Both the position numbers and the translations under genes were made by a program. This document shows positions 20,563-30,070 of a stretch of 64,000 nucleotides of DNA, piece after piece (the stretch's first letter is position 1; each line of letters opens with the position of its first letter). The notes under the pieces are model-generated. The model was not told the DNA's origin. It saw only the letters and a list, made by a program, of their open reading frames with translations, and ran no database searches. Source of the stretch: Treponemataceae bacterium (lineage in GTDB: Bacteria; Spirochaetota; Spirochaetia; Treponematales; Rectinemataceae); NCBI GenBank assembly GCA_963678065.2, contig CAXXVZ010000002.1, positions 320,001-384,000 on the forward strand, in the 5' to 3' direction.

Positions 20563-21444
20563 TCAGCCTTTGACCGAACCGAGCATGATTCCTTTCGTAA
20601 AATGCTTCTGTATGAACGGATAGATCATCATGATGGGCACCACGGAAACGATGATGACGGCTGCCCTGATCTGCAGAAGCTGAAAATCCGTGCTCTGCGC
20701 TTTTCTGACATCGTTCATCATTTCTCCGGAATTCTGGATCAATATTTCCCTGAGGACTATCTGAAGAACCTGTTTCGATTGTTCGGTTATGTAGAGCATC
20801 GCATCGAACCAGTTATTCCAGTGCCAGACCGCAACCCAGAGGCCGATCGTGGCAAGTACCGGTTTGGAGAGGGGAATGATGATCCTGAAAAAAACCGCGA
20901 TGTCTCCGGCTCCGTCGAGCTTCGCCGATTCCTCGAGTGATTCCGGGATGGACCGGAAAAAATTACGGATGATGATGATATTGAAAGTGCTCACAACGCC
21001 TTGGACGATGAGGGCGAAGCGTGTATTGATAAGACCGAGTTTCCGCATCAAAAGGTAGTTCGGGATGACCCCGCCATCGAAGAGCATGGTGAATACGAAC
21101 AGAAACGTAAAAAATTTGACGCCGGGAAATTTCTTTTTGGACAGAGGATAGGCAGTGATGCTGTAGATGAACAGCGCGAGGCAGGTTCCGAAAACGGTGC
21201 GGATTGTCGAATTCAGGAATCCCGTCCAGATGTTCTTCGACTTGAGTATGAGTCCGTACGTAGCGAATGTCAGCTCTTTGAAGTTCGGGAACATATGAAA
21301 ACCGGGACTGTAAGCCTCTTTCGTCGTGCTGACCGAAAGGGTGAGCTGGTTGATGAAGGGGTACATCGTGCTGAGGGCGAGGGCAGTCAGCACAATATAG
21401 TTGAATGCCTCGAAAATAATGCGCTCGGGACTTTTCCGTTTCAT
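20563..21444 (-). CDS. carbohydrate ABC permease (LplC-like)
   Basis: EAA loop SLEESAKLDGA; YPFIQKHFTKGIMLGSVKG C-terminus. Confidence 0.93.
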   Translation of the reverse strand: MKRKSPERIIFEAFNYIVLTALALSTMYPFINQLTLSVSTTKEAYSPGFHMFPNFKELTFATYGLILKSKNIWTGFLNSTIRTVFGTCLALFIYSITAYPLSKKKFPGVKFFTFLFVFTMLFDGGVIPNYLLMRKLGLINTRFALIVQGVVSTFNIIIIRNFFRSIPESLEESAKLDGAGDIAVFFRIIIPLSKPVLATIGLWVAVWHWNNWFDAMLYITEQSKQVLQIVLREILIQNSGEMMNDVRKAQSTDFQLLQIRAAVIIVSVVPIMMIYPFIQKHFTKGIMLGSVKG

Positions 21445-21451
21445 GTTCCGC

Positions 21452-22381
21452 CTACCACAGACTGCTTTCTTTCCCGCCGAGGGAAACCGCGATCCTGTTC
21501 GAGATGTAAATAAGCACCAATCCGACCAACGATTTGGAAAAACCGACAGCGGCTCCGTAGCTGTAATTGAATTCCACAATGCCTTTCTTGAACACGAAGG
21601 TGTCGATGATCTCGCCTATCTCAAGCACGAGGGGATTGAACAGATTGTAGATCTGGTCAAACCCCGCGTTCAGAATAAAACCGGTATTGAGGATCAGAAG
21701 AATCGCCGCCACCGGAAGTATCGAAGGTATGGTTATGTGGATAGTCTGCCGGAAACGTCCGGCTCCATCGATTTCCGCGGCCTCGTAGAGGTCGGGATCG
21801 ATGGAGGAAAGAGCCGCCATGTAGACGACGGAACTCCATCCCATCTCCCTCCAGATCGCGGTTCCCACAACGAGACTCAAGAAATATTTTGGAATCGCGA
21901 AAAACAAGAGGGGTCCCTTTCCGGAAAGTCCGCGAAGATAATTGACCGGACCTTCGGGAGAGAATACCCGGAGAAAAATTCCCGCGAGCACGACCCAGGA
22001 AATAAAATACGGCAGGTAGATAAGAGTCAGGTACACTCTCTTGGTTCTGGTTCGGGAAACCTCGTTGAGCAGCAACGCTATGAGTATGGGCACCGGAAAA
22101 CCGATAAAAAGCTTGAGTCCGCTGATGACGAAAGTATTTTTCAGGGCATTCAGGAAAAATCTGTCGGAGAAGGCCTCGCGGAAATATTTGAGGCCGACCC
22201 ACTCGCTGCCGAGAATCCCCTTGCCGAAATTGAATTCCTTGAATGCGATGAGGAGTCCGTAGATCGGCACGTATTTGAAGATGATGAGCAGTATCACGCC
22301 CGGAATCATCATGAGATACATCTGCCTGTAGTAATTCATGCGCCCGAGGCGCACTCGCATCCCGGCAATTCCCCGCGCCAT
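21452..22381 (-). CDS. carbohydrate ABC permease (LplB-like)
   Basis: SEWVGLKYF, YLPYFISWV, LYEAAEIDGAGR EAA loop. Confidence 0.93.
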   Translation of the reverse strand: MARGIAGMRVRLGRMNYYRQMYLMMIPGVILLIIFKYVPIYGLLIAFKEFNFGKGILGSEWVGLKYFREAFSDRFFLNALKNTFVISGLKLFIGFPVPILIALLLNEVSRTRTKRVYLTLIYLPYFISWVVLAGIFLRVFSPEGPVNYLRGLSGKGPLLFFAIPKYFLSLVVGTAIWREMGWSSVVYMAALSSIDPDLYEAAEIDGAGRFRQTIHITIPSILPVAAILLILNTGFILNAGFDQIYNLFNPLVLEIGEIIDTFVFKKGIVEFNYSYGAAVGFSKSLVGLVLIYISNRIAVSLGGKESSLW

Positions 22382-24439
22382 TCAGTCCCCCAGTCCCTGA
22401 ACCAGGATGATTTTGTGGATAAAGACCGTGCCGGCATCCACACGGGAGCCGCGTTCCGATCCGACGGATACGAGAGGCCTGTCTTCCGGATATACCTCTC
22501 TCGCGGTCACCGGTCTGTCGGTTCCGAACACAAGCTGCCCCGCCGGTATCGGAGGGCAATCTCCTCCGCTCATGCCCGGTATCATCGACACGATGTGGAT
22601 GATCATCTCCGCGCCGCGCCGGAAAGCGGTGAAACCGACCGTACCGGGATTGGCGGTCTCGAGCCTCACAAGGGGATCCGGCAACGCCAGGTCAAGCACC
22701 GCGGACAGGAATCCCTTGACCCAGGCGCCATCCTCCGCGGCAAAGCCGAAGAGGTCGAATCCGGCATACCAGAAGGTTCCGGCACCGATGGCCATGCGGA
22801 CGATGAGTGGCTCTCCGGTCCTCCTCGCGGGCGGCGGATATCCCCAGTTGACCCAGGTCTCCGGCCCGAGGATGACAGCCGGCTCGACGAAAACCGCTGT
22901 CGGGTCGACCGGAGAGGAGAAACGGATGGATGCAGAACTTATCGGCGGCGTAGTGTCCGGGATGCCGGCCCTGAAACCATCCGGGTTGAATCCGGCGTAG
23001 CCTCCCCAGTGATTGACCGCATATTCGTCCCGCAGCCCGGTGAAATGGATGCCGGTCGACGCGGCGAATGCGTAATCTGCGGCCAGTGTCCCGTCAGGCT
23101 TGCGAAGACCGGATTCTCCCGACGCGATGACCGTGCTGCCTGCGCGCATGAATGTTTCCAGCTTTTCCCATGTCCCCGGCCCGAAGACGAGGACCTCGGG
23201 CAGGATGATCACGCGGAGCGAAGCGAGCATCCCGGAGGAAAGCTCCGCTTCGGGAACGACTGTCCAGGTGCGCTTCGAAAAATCGCAACATTTCATGGCG
23301 CCGAGCACCGCGCTCACATGCCGGTTGGGTGTCCGGGTCCGTGCGATGGCGTGAGCGACCACGGCGCCGGCGGTTCCGACCCTCACGGAATCATCGCTCT
23401 GCACGATGCCAATATCCGCGACTATAGTTCGGTTTCCGAGGAGATGCTCGAACTTCTTTACTTCGCGATAGGCCGCGCCGATGCGTCTCGCCTCTTCGCG
23501 CTCGAGCGTACCGTCGGGCCTCTGGGGCTCGGAATACATGAAAACCCGGCACCCCTGCGCGGCGATCTGGGCCGCGGCAGCCACATAGACGCTTTCGGGA
23601 AGGTAGTTGTAGACACTGGAAACATCTCCGGGTCCGAGTTGGGGGAACCGCCCTGTCGCCCTCGCAAATGCGGCGGAAAGCCAGTTTCCCGCCCAGGGTT
23701 CCGTGAAATGATAATCGAGCTTGTCCCGTATGCGCTTGGGGTAATGAGAAGAGAAATTGATCGTGACGGCGAGTCCCGGATCGATGGATTTTACGGTCGA
23801 AACCACATCGTCCAGAAAACCTTCGGCGCAATCGTCCAGAAATCCGAGAACCTCGGCTGAGACCCCGGAGAGTCCTTCCCCGGTTTCCGGAAGCGGATAA
23901 CCGTACCGCTCGCCAAAAATCCTGCGGCATTCCGGACAGTAACACAGGGACTTGCCGAAAATGTCCAGGAAGAGACTGTCCGGGTGATAGCGGGATACAA
24001 TCTCCGTGAGCTGATCCAGGACATAGCGACGGTAGCCGGTCATATAACAGGCCATGCGCCATTTCGCGTTCCGCGAGGCACTGCGCAATTCCTCTCCATC
24101 CGCCTTTCTGATTGCCCAGTCCGGATGCTTCCCTGTTATCGTATTATCATATTCCACAGAGTAATATGCGTTGAACTCAATGTCTTTCTTTCTGAGTTCC
24201 GCCACCGTTTCCGCCACCCAATCCCGATCGAGCGCGGGATGTCTTTCTCCACAGACAGTATCGTAATACGAGTATCCCCAGTGGTCCTTGCAGTACACCA
24301 TGAGGCTGTCGATACCTGCCGTACCGAAGAATGAGGCATGCTCTGCGATATCGAGTCTGTCGAAGGTGACTGCTGGAGGCGCGGGAGAGTGATTGTCGAT
24401 CAGATAGCCGCGAAACCTTTTTTTGTAAAGATCGGCCAT
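22382..24439 (-). CDS. GHL6/GH151-like glycoside hydrolase with a beta-galactosidase trimerisation-like domain (putative fucosidase)
   Basis: CKDHWGYSYYDT..HPAL, NAYYS, FLDI, CYCPEC Zn cluster, ILPEV; no signal peptide. Confidence 0.7.
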   Translation of the reverse strand: MADLYKKRFRGYLIDNHSPAPPAVTFDRLDIAEHASFFGTAGIDSLMVYCKDHWGYSYYDTVCGERHPALDRDWVAETVAELRKKDIEFNAYYSVEYDNTITGKHPDWAIRKADGEELRSASRNAKWRMACYMTGYRRYVLDQLTEIVSRYHPDSLFLDIFGKSLCYCPECRRIFGERYGYPLPETGEGLSGVSAEVLGFLDDCAEGFLDDVVSTVKSIDPGLAVTINFSSHYPKRIRDKLDYHFTEPWAGNWLSAAFARATGRFPQLGPGDVSSVYNYLPESVYVAAAAQIAAQGCRVFMYSEPQRPDGTLEREEARRIGAAYREVKKFEHLLGNRTIVADIGIVQSDDSVRVGTAGAVVAHAIARTRTPNRHVSAVLGAMKCCDFSKRTWTVVPEAELSSGMLASLRVIILPEVLVFGPGTWEKLETFMRAGSTVIASGESGLRKPDGTLAADYAFAASTGIHFTGLRDEYAVNHWGGYAGFNPDGFRAGIPDTTPPISSASIRFSSPVDPTAVFVEPAVILGPETWVNWGYPPPARRTGEPLIVRMAIGAGTFWYAGFDLFGFAAEDGAWVKGFLSAVLDLALPDPLVRLETANPGTVGFTAFRRGAEMIIHIVSMIPGMSGGDCPPIPAGQLVFGTDRPVTAREVYPEDRPLVSVGSERGSRVDAGTVFIHKIILVQGLGD

Positions 24440-24520
24440 GACATGTCTCCGGAACGAAAGATTTTGATAGGGACGGTAAAAACATCCTAAGTCCGGTTTT
24501 CAGGGAAATGAATATCCAAT

Positions 24521-25456
24521 GTGGACAAGAATTTGACAAATTCGGCAATATGGATCGATACTGGCCCCATGAAGCACGATATCGGGATTCTCGGTACGGG
24601 GTTTTCATCCCACTACGGACGGTACAGCGTGCGCGTGAGCAGCGCCCGCACCCTTGTCTGGAGAGAATATCCGACGAATCGGCGGCACATGCACAAAGAG
24701 GAGTATGAGTTCAACCTGGTGCTGGATGGCTCAGGCGAATACCATCACCGGGACAGGGTGTATCCTCTCGAAAAAGGAGACATTTTCGTATCGGAACCCT
24801 ACGTCCCCCACGAGATCAGCTCGTTGCGAACGAAAGACCTCCATGTGCTCTGGCTCAATGTCTACATAGATGAGGTCGACGCGAAGGTCGCCCCCCGGTA
24901 TGAAGACAGGCTGATGGATGAATTCATGCGGGGGCACCAGAACTATCTGTCGGGTCGGACATTTCTCCTCGGCTATCTCCCGATCCTGTCCAGAACGGCA
25001 TCCAGCACGAGTGCCCGGAAACTCAGCGGGCAACATCTCGTACAGAGTCTCTTTTTCGATCTCGTCGAACTCTTCAACATCGCCAAACCCGATTTCGACA
25101 ATCCGGACATGAATATCGACCAGAAGCCTTTCACCATTCTCAATAAAGCCAGCAATTTCATCATGGCGAATCTTTCCGGGGAACTTTCGATCAACGACAT
25201 CGCCCGTTCGGTATTCACTTCAGAGAGGAATCTCCGCCACCTTTTCCGGAAACACATGAACATTACCGTTGTCGACTATGTCAATTCCAAAAAAATGGAA
25301 CACGCGGGCTATCTTTTAACCCTGCAACTTCAGGTACAAGAGGTCAGCGAGGCCGTCGGCATCGCGTCTCCCGCCCAGTTCAGCCGCCTCTTCAAGCGAT
25401 ATCAGGGAATCGCACCCAAAAAATTCCAGGAAAACCACGAACCGATTTACACATAG
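24521..25456 (+). CDS. AraC family regulator with cupin sensor (true start may be ATG 24569)
   Basis: HMH..EFNLVLDGSG..GDIF..HE cupin; double HTH SERNLRHLF ... FSRLFKRYQG..PKKF; divergent from the sugar operon. Confidence 0.9.
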   Translation: MDKNLTNSAIWIDTGPMKHDIGILGTGFSSHYGRYSVRVSSARTLVWREYPTNRRHMHKEEYEFNLVLDGSGEYHHRDRVYPLEKGDIFVSEPYVPHEISSLRTKDLHVLWLNVYIDEVDAKVAPRYEDRLMDEFMRGHQNYLSGRTFLLGYLPILSRTASSTSARKLSGQHLVQSLFFDLVELFNIAKPDFDNPDMNIDQKPFTILNKASNFIMANLSGELSINDIARSVFTSERNLRHLFRKHMNITVVDYVNSKKMEHAGYLLTLQLQVQEVSEAVGIASPAQFSRLFKRYQGIAPKKFQENHEPIYT

Positions 25457-25530
25457 AAGAGCGCTGCCGGACAGGTCGCGGTGTCGACCTTCATGGTTTC
25501 TGTTTTATGCGGTCCCGCCCTGTCGCCGCG

Positions 25531-25560
25531 GCTTATCTCGCTCGCTTATCTCGCTCGCTT
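25531..25560 (+). repeat. 13-bp tandem repeat GCTTATCTCGCTC x2 plus partial third copy
   Basis: Exact copies at 25531-25543 and 25544-25556, then GCTT running into a TTGCCC -35 element. Confidence 0.85.
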
Positions 25561-25595
25561 GCCCCGCCCCGCGATTTTCCGTATCATTCCGGTCC

Positions 25596-28382
25596 ATGGC
25601 CGATGAAACCGCGAAAAGCAGCCTCCTGCGCCTCAGCCCGGCGGGCCATCTCCGGCCGGTCGCGGGAATCACGGACCATCCATCGCCCGCGGTGCAAAAA
25701 GCGATGGAGGCTTTCATATCGGGCGAGGCCGCGGGGCTTTTCGGACTGGCCGCCCGTCCCGGAAGTGGGGACCTGCCGCCGGAGTTGGCTTTCTGGCGGG
25801 ATTTCGCCGCCCGCTGCCTGACAGAGCGCTGCCACAGACCCCCGGGCGCGGCGGTCCTCGAGCCGGTCGCGCCGCTGCCGGAGGCGGAGATCATGAGCCT
25901 CCTCCTGGGCGCTCCGCCCATGGAAGGGGCCGAGTACCTCACGGCGGAAGTTCTCGAGCGTCTCTGGCAGTCGCTCGACGAGTGGATCCGGAGCGAAGCG
26001 GCGGCCGCGGGCGGTTTTGAGGCTTTCCTTTCAGCGCGGGCGCCGCTCTGGCGGCAGGTCGGCAGGGTATGCTTTCACCTTGCGGAGAACAGGAAGGATC
26101 CGGAATTTCCCTTCGCATTCCTCGCCACCTATGCGCCCCGCCTCGCCGGGTCCAGCCAAGTCCGCTACCAGCCGCTCGCAAAAGCCCTGCAGGAATTCGC
26201 GGGCGAACGCAACCGCAAGGCCCTCGTGCACCTCCTCACCCCCATCCACAGCGCGGCCGGGAAAAGCGCCATCATCCGCGATCTGCTCGACACCAACGAC
26301 ATTTATCATCCGCTGGCGTGGACAGCGGATGAGGCGTACCGCTTTCTGGGCGAAATCCCCCTGTTCGAGGAGAGCGGCGTTCTGGTGCGCGTCCCCGACT
26401 GGTGGGCAAAACGGCCGCGCCCCCGGGTAACTGTCAGCATCGGTTCCAGGGCGAGAGGGCTCTTGGGCGCGACATCGATGCTGGATTTCGATGTCGCCGT
26501 CGCGCTCGGCGACGAAACGATCACGGAAAAAGAAATCAAGGAGATCCTCGCAGGCGGGGCGGGGCTGTTTCTGCTCAAGGGGAAATGGGTGGAAGTCGAC
26601 CCCGACCGCCTGTCCGAAGCCCTAGCGCATTGGAAAAAGGTGGAGAAACGCGTCGGCGCTGACGGCATCTCCTTTGTGGAGGGCATGCGCCTTCTGGCCG
26701 GCGCCCCTTCGGATCTCGCTTCGCTCGAGGAGGAATCCGTCAGACAGTGGTCCTTCGTGGACTCAGGTACATGGCTGAAGGATACGCTCGCGAGCCTCCG
26801 TTCGCCCACGGCTATCGAGGCCGCACTGCCCGGCGCGGATTTGCTCGCGACGCTGCGTCACTACCAGGAATCGGGTCTGCGCTGGCTGTGGCTTTTGTCC
26901 CGCATGGGGCTCGGCGCCTGCCTCGCGGACGACATGGGCCTCGGAAAAACCATCCAAGTTCTGGCCCTTCTCCTTCTCGTCAAAAAGGAATCCTCAAGGA
27001 AATCTCCGACCAAATCCGCGAAGAGGTCCGCCGGAAAAATCTCGAAGGAGGCTGTAAAGGAAGCAAAAAATCCTTCTCTCCTTGTCCTCCCGGCCTCTCT
27101 GCTCGCCAACTGGAAGGCGGAGATGGAGCGCTTTGCGCCCTCGCTGCGCGCCCGCTTCGTCCACCCTTCGATGATGCCGAAAGGCGGCGCCGCAGGCGAT
27201 GCTGCAGGCGCCGCCAAAGGCGACCCCGGACTTGTCGACCTGCGGGATGTCGACCTCGTCGTGACGACCTACGGGATGCTGCTCCGTCAGCCTTGGATCG
27301 AGGATGTGGCGTGGAATCTCCTGATTCTGGACGAGGCGCAGGCCATAAAGAATCCCGGCTCGCGACAGACCAAGGCGGTGAAAAAGCTGCGCGCGCGGGC
27401 CCGCATTGCGCTTACGGGAACCCCCGTGGAGAACCGGCTGTCGGATCTCTGGTCGCTTTTTGACTTTCTCTGCCCCGGGCTTCTGGGATCGGCAGCGCGT
27501 TTCAAGGAATTTGTCGCGACTATGGAGAAGCGCGAGGGAGAGCGGTACGCCCCCTTGCGCAACCTGGTCGGGCCGTACATTCTGCGCAGGCTCAAGACCG
27601 ACCGCGCCGTGATCGCGGACCTGCCGGACAAAACCGAAGTTTGCGCCTTCTGCAGTCTGACAAAGACGCAGGCCGCGCTGTACCGCTCGGTCGTGACAGA
27701 TCTGAAGGAAAATCTGCGCGGTTCCCAGGGTATCGCCCGCAAGGGGATCATCCTCTCGACCCTGATGAAACTCAAGCAGGTCTGCAACCATCCCGCACAG
27801 CTCTCCGGCGACGGCGACTGGGATCCGCAGGCGAGTGGAAAGTTCGCCCGCCTCGCGGAGATCTGCGAGGAGATCGCTTCCCGCCAGGATCGCGTCCTCG
27901 TGTTCACGCAATTCCGCGAGATGACAACGCCTGTCGCCGCCTTTCTGGCCGGGATATTCGGCAGGGAGGGCCTCGTCCTGCACGGCGGCACGCCCGTGAA
28001 GGAGCGGCGGAAACTCGTCGAATCCTTCCAGGAAGAGGACGGTCCGCCCTTCTTCGTGCTGTCCCTCAAGGCCGGCGGCACAGGCCTCAACCTCACTGCC
28101 GCCTCGCATGTCATCCACTTCGACCGCTGGTGGAATCCGGCGGTGGAGAACCAGGCGACGGACCGCGCGTTCCGCATCGGCCAGAAAAAGAATGTCCTGG
28201 TGCACAAATTCGTCTGCCAGGGCACCGTCGAAGAGAAAATCGACGAGCTGATCGGTGAAAAGTCGGCTCTGGCGCGGGATCTCCTGGAGGGCGGGGCCGA
28301 AGTCATGCTCACCGGGATGACGGATGCGCAGCTGCTCGCTACAGTGAGTCTGGACCTGGACCGCGCTCAGTCCGGGTTTTGA
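25596..28382 (+). CDS. SNF2/SWI2-family ATPase
   Basis: LRHYQ, LADDMGLGKT, DEAQ, LTGTPVEN, QVCNHP, AGGTGLNL, ENQATDRAFRIGQ. Confidence 0.96.
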   Translation: MADETAKSSLLRLSPAGHLRPVAGITDHPSPAVQKAMEAFISGEAAGLFGLAARPGSGDLPPELAFWRDFAARCLTERCHRPPGAAVLEPVAPLPEAEIMSLLLGAPPMEGAEYLTAEVLERLWQSLDEWIRSEAAAAGGFEAFLSARAPLWRQVGRVCFHLAENRKDPEFPFAFLATYAPRLAGSSQVRYQPLAKALQEFAGERNRKALVHLLTPIHSAAGKSAIIRDLLDTNDIYHPLAWTADEAYRFLGEIPLFEESGVLVRVPDWWAKRPRPRVTVSIGSRARGLLGATSMLDFDVAVALGDETITEKEIKEILAGGAGLFLLKGKWVEVDPDRLSEALAHWKKVEKRVGADGISFVEGMRLLAGAPSDLASLEEESVRQWSFVDSGTWLKDTLASLRSPTAIEAALPGADLLATLRHYQESGLRWLWLLSRMGLGACLADDMGLGKTIQVLALLLLVKKESSRKSPTKSAKRSAGKISKEAVKEAKNPSLLVLPASLLANWKAEMERFAPSLRARFVHPSMMPKGGAAGDAAGAAKGDPGLVDLRDVDLVVTTYGMLLRQPWIEDVAWNLLILDEAQAIKNPGSRQTKAVKKLRARARIALTGTPVENRLSDLWSLFDFLCPGLLGSAARFKEFVATMEKREGERYAPLRNLVGPYILRRLKTDRAVIADLPDKTEVCAFCSLTKTQAALYRSVVTDLKENLRGSQGIARKGIILSTLMKLKQVCNHPAQLSGDGDWDPQASGKFARLAEICEEIASRQDRVLVFTQFREMTTPVAAFLAGIFGREGLVLHGGTPVKERRKLVESFQEEDGPPFFVLSLKAGGTGLNLTAASHVIHFDRWWNPAVENQATDRAFRIGQKKNVLVHKFVCQGTVEEKIDELIGEKSALARDLLEGGAEVMLTGMTDAQLLATVSLDLDRAQSGF

Positions 28383-28445
28383 CACAGTCCTGGTTTTGAT
28401 GCAGTCCTTGTATTGCGTGCGGCGACTCCGCACGGGGAGGCTAAA

Positions 28446-29573
28446 GTGGGTTATGGATATGACGGATGGCCGCGCTACGTTCCCGTGGCGGAGCGGCGTC
28501 GTACTGCCAGGCGCGAGATGGAAAAGCTGGCAAAAAAGGGCGCACTTGTTCAGCCTGTCGTCATAGAGGGGAAAAAAATCGCGAAGACTTTCTGGGGGAA
28601 AGCCTGGTGCGACAACCTCGAAGGTTACAGCGATTTCGCGAACCGGCTTCCCCGCGGCAGGACCTACGTCAGGAACGGCTCGGTCTGCCACCTCGAGATC
28701 GCCGAGGGCGAAGTGCGGGCGAAAGTGAGCGGCAGCGAACTGTACACCGTGACGATCGGCATCAAGCCGCTCGGCGCAAAGGCCTGGGACGACATAAAGA
28801 AACGCTGCACAGGAAAGATCGCCTCGCTCCTGGACCTTCTGGGCGGAAAACTGGCGGACGGGGTCATGGAGATCGTGACCGACCGGAAGAACGGCCTCTT
28901 TCCCAAGCCGGGCGAGATTACGATGGACTGCAGCTGCCCCGACTGGGCCGATATGTGCAAGCACGTGGCGGCGGTCCTCTATGGCGTGGGTGCACGGCTC
29001 GACGAACGCCCGGAACTGCTCTTCCTTTTGCGCGGCGTCAATCACCTGGATCTCATCTCGGCCACTGTCGAGGACGCCGTGGCGACGGTCGTGAAGGGCG
29101 GCTCGCGCAGGCGGATCGCGGAAAGCGAACTCTCCGAAGTTTTTGGCGTCGATATGGAGGAGGGCAGCGCAGGCAAAGCGGCGCCCGCGTCAAAACCCGA
29201 ACCCGCCGGCAAAAAGCCCGTCACAGCCGAAAGCCGTGACCGAAAGAAGGCCGCGCCGATTCCCAAAGTTCTTCCCAAAGCCTCTGTCAAATCCTCTGGC
29301 AAAATTCCTAAAAAAGCTCCCGTCCGGTCTGTCCCTCGCGCCGCCCCGCAACCGTTTCCCGGGGAAATCACCGGCACGCAGATCTGCGCGTTTCGTGCGC
29401 GTCTGGGTTTGACCGCGAAAGACTTTGCAAAGCTCCTGGGAGTCTCGGGCGGCGCGGTTTCGGTCTGGGAGAGAAACAACAAGGCGCTCAACCTGCAGGA
29501 CCGGAGCCGCAGGGCACTCGAAAAGGTCTGGAACGCGAACATGAAACCGAAGCGCAGGCGGGGAAACAATTGA
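28446..29573 (+). CDS. SWIM zinc-finger protein with Lys/Pro-rich linker and C-terminal XRE-type HTH
   Basis: GGGAGG SD + GTG 28446; FWGKAWC, RGRTYVR, CSCPDWADMCKH SWIM; RARLGLTAKDFAKLLGVSGGAVSVWE HTH. Confidence 0.88.
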   Translation: MGYGYDGWPRYVPVAERRRTARREMEKLAKKGALVQPVVIEGKKIAKTFWGKAWCDNLEGYSDFANRLPRGRTYVRNGSVCHLEIAEGEVRAKVSGSELYTVTIGIKPLGAKAWDDIKKRCTGKIASLLDLLGGKLADGVMEIVTDRKNGLFPKPGEITMDCSCPDWADMCKHVAAVLYGVGARLDERPELLFLLRGVNHLDLISATVEDAVATVVKGGSRRRIAESELSEVFGVDMEEGSAGKAAPASKPEPAGKKPVTAESRDRKKAAPIPKVLPKASVKSSGKIPKKAPVRSVPRAAPQPFPGEITGTQICAFRARLGLTAKDFAKLLGVSGGAVSVWERNNKALNLQDRSRRALEKVWNANMKPKRRRGNN

Positions 29574-29782
29574 TGTAAGCGACAACATACGGCTTGCGTC
29601 AACCTCCGGGTAACGGAGCGCCATATCCAGCGGAGTGATACTGCTTCTAGGAGAGGATGGATTCCCTGGACATTGAATCACTTATCGCTTTGAACCGTCT
29701 TTGACCTTGTCCAAAAACGATGACATCCTCAATGGAGCCCGCGAGGACCATTCATCCCACGGAGCCGAAGGTTGTGGAACTG

Positions 29783-30070
29783 TTATGTGCCTAGCGAGAA
29801 CAGAATCGTCCAACCAATGAAATCGTTCTCGAGCGCGGCCTTGAGGTCGCGCTCGATAGTCTTTATGACAAACTCGTTGATTGCGTAACAGGCCGGACAC
29901 TCCTGGCCGGGCCTTCCGAGATCGAGATGGACCACGATAGTCTTTTCGGGCGCGTGATAGCTGATCTTCTTTACGAGACCCAGCTCGGCCAGGCTCAGTT
30001 CGGATTGTGGTTCCCTGACGCGATCGAGTATGGCGTCGAATTTTTCTCTTACGGATAGATCCAATTCCAT
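29783..30070 (-). CDS. DUF59/MIP18-like (FeS_assembly_P) small protein
   Basis: LDRVREPQ..SLAELGLV resembles the DUF59 V.DPE..S..LG.V motif; CPAC. Confidence 0.6.
   Translation of the reverse strand: MELDLSVREKFDAILDRVREPQSELSLAELGLVKKISYHAPEKTIVVHLDLGRPGQECPACYAINEFVIKTIERDLKAALENDFIGWTILFSLGT

Noticed and set aside
21401..23860. 819-aa plus-strand ORF
   Set aside because: Antisense to the permease and hydrolase genes; no recognisable domain
26994..29045. 683-aa minus-strand ORF
   Set aside because: Shadow of the SNF2 and SWIM genes
29574..29782. Possible small gene or remnant between SWIM and the DUF59-like gene
   Set aside because: Only a 34-codon minus-strand frame with no recognisable motif
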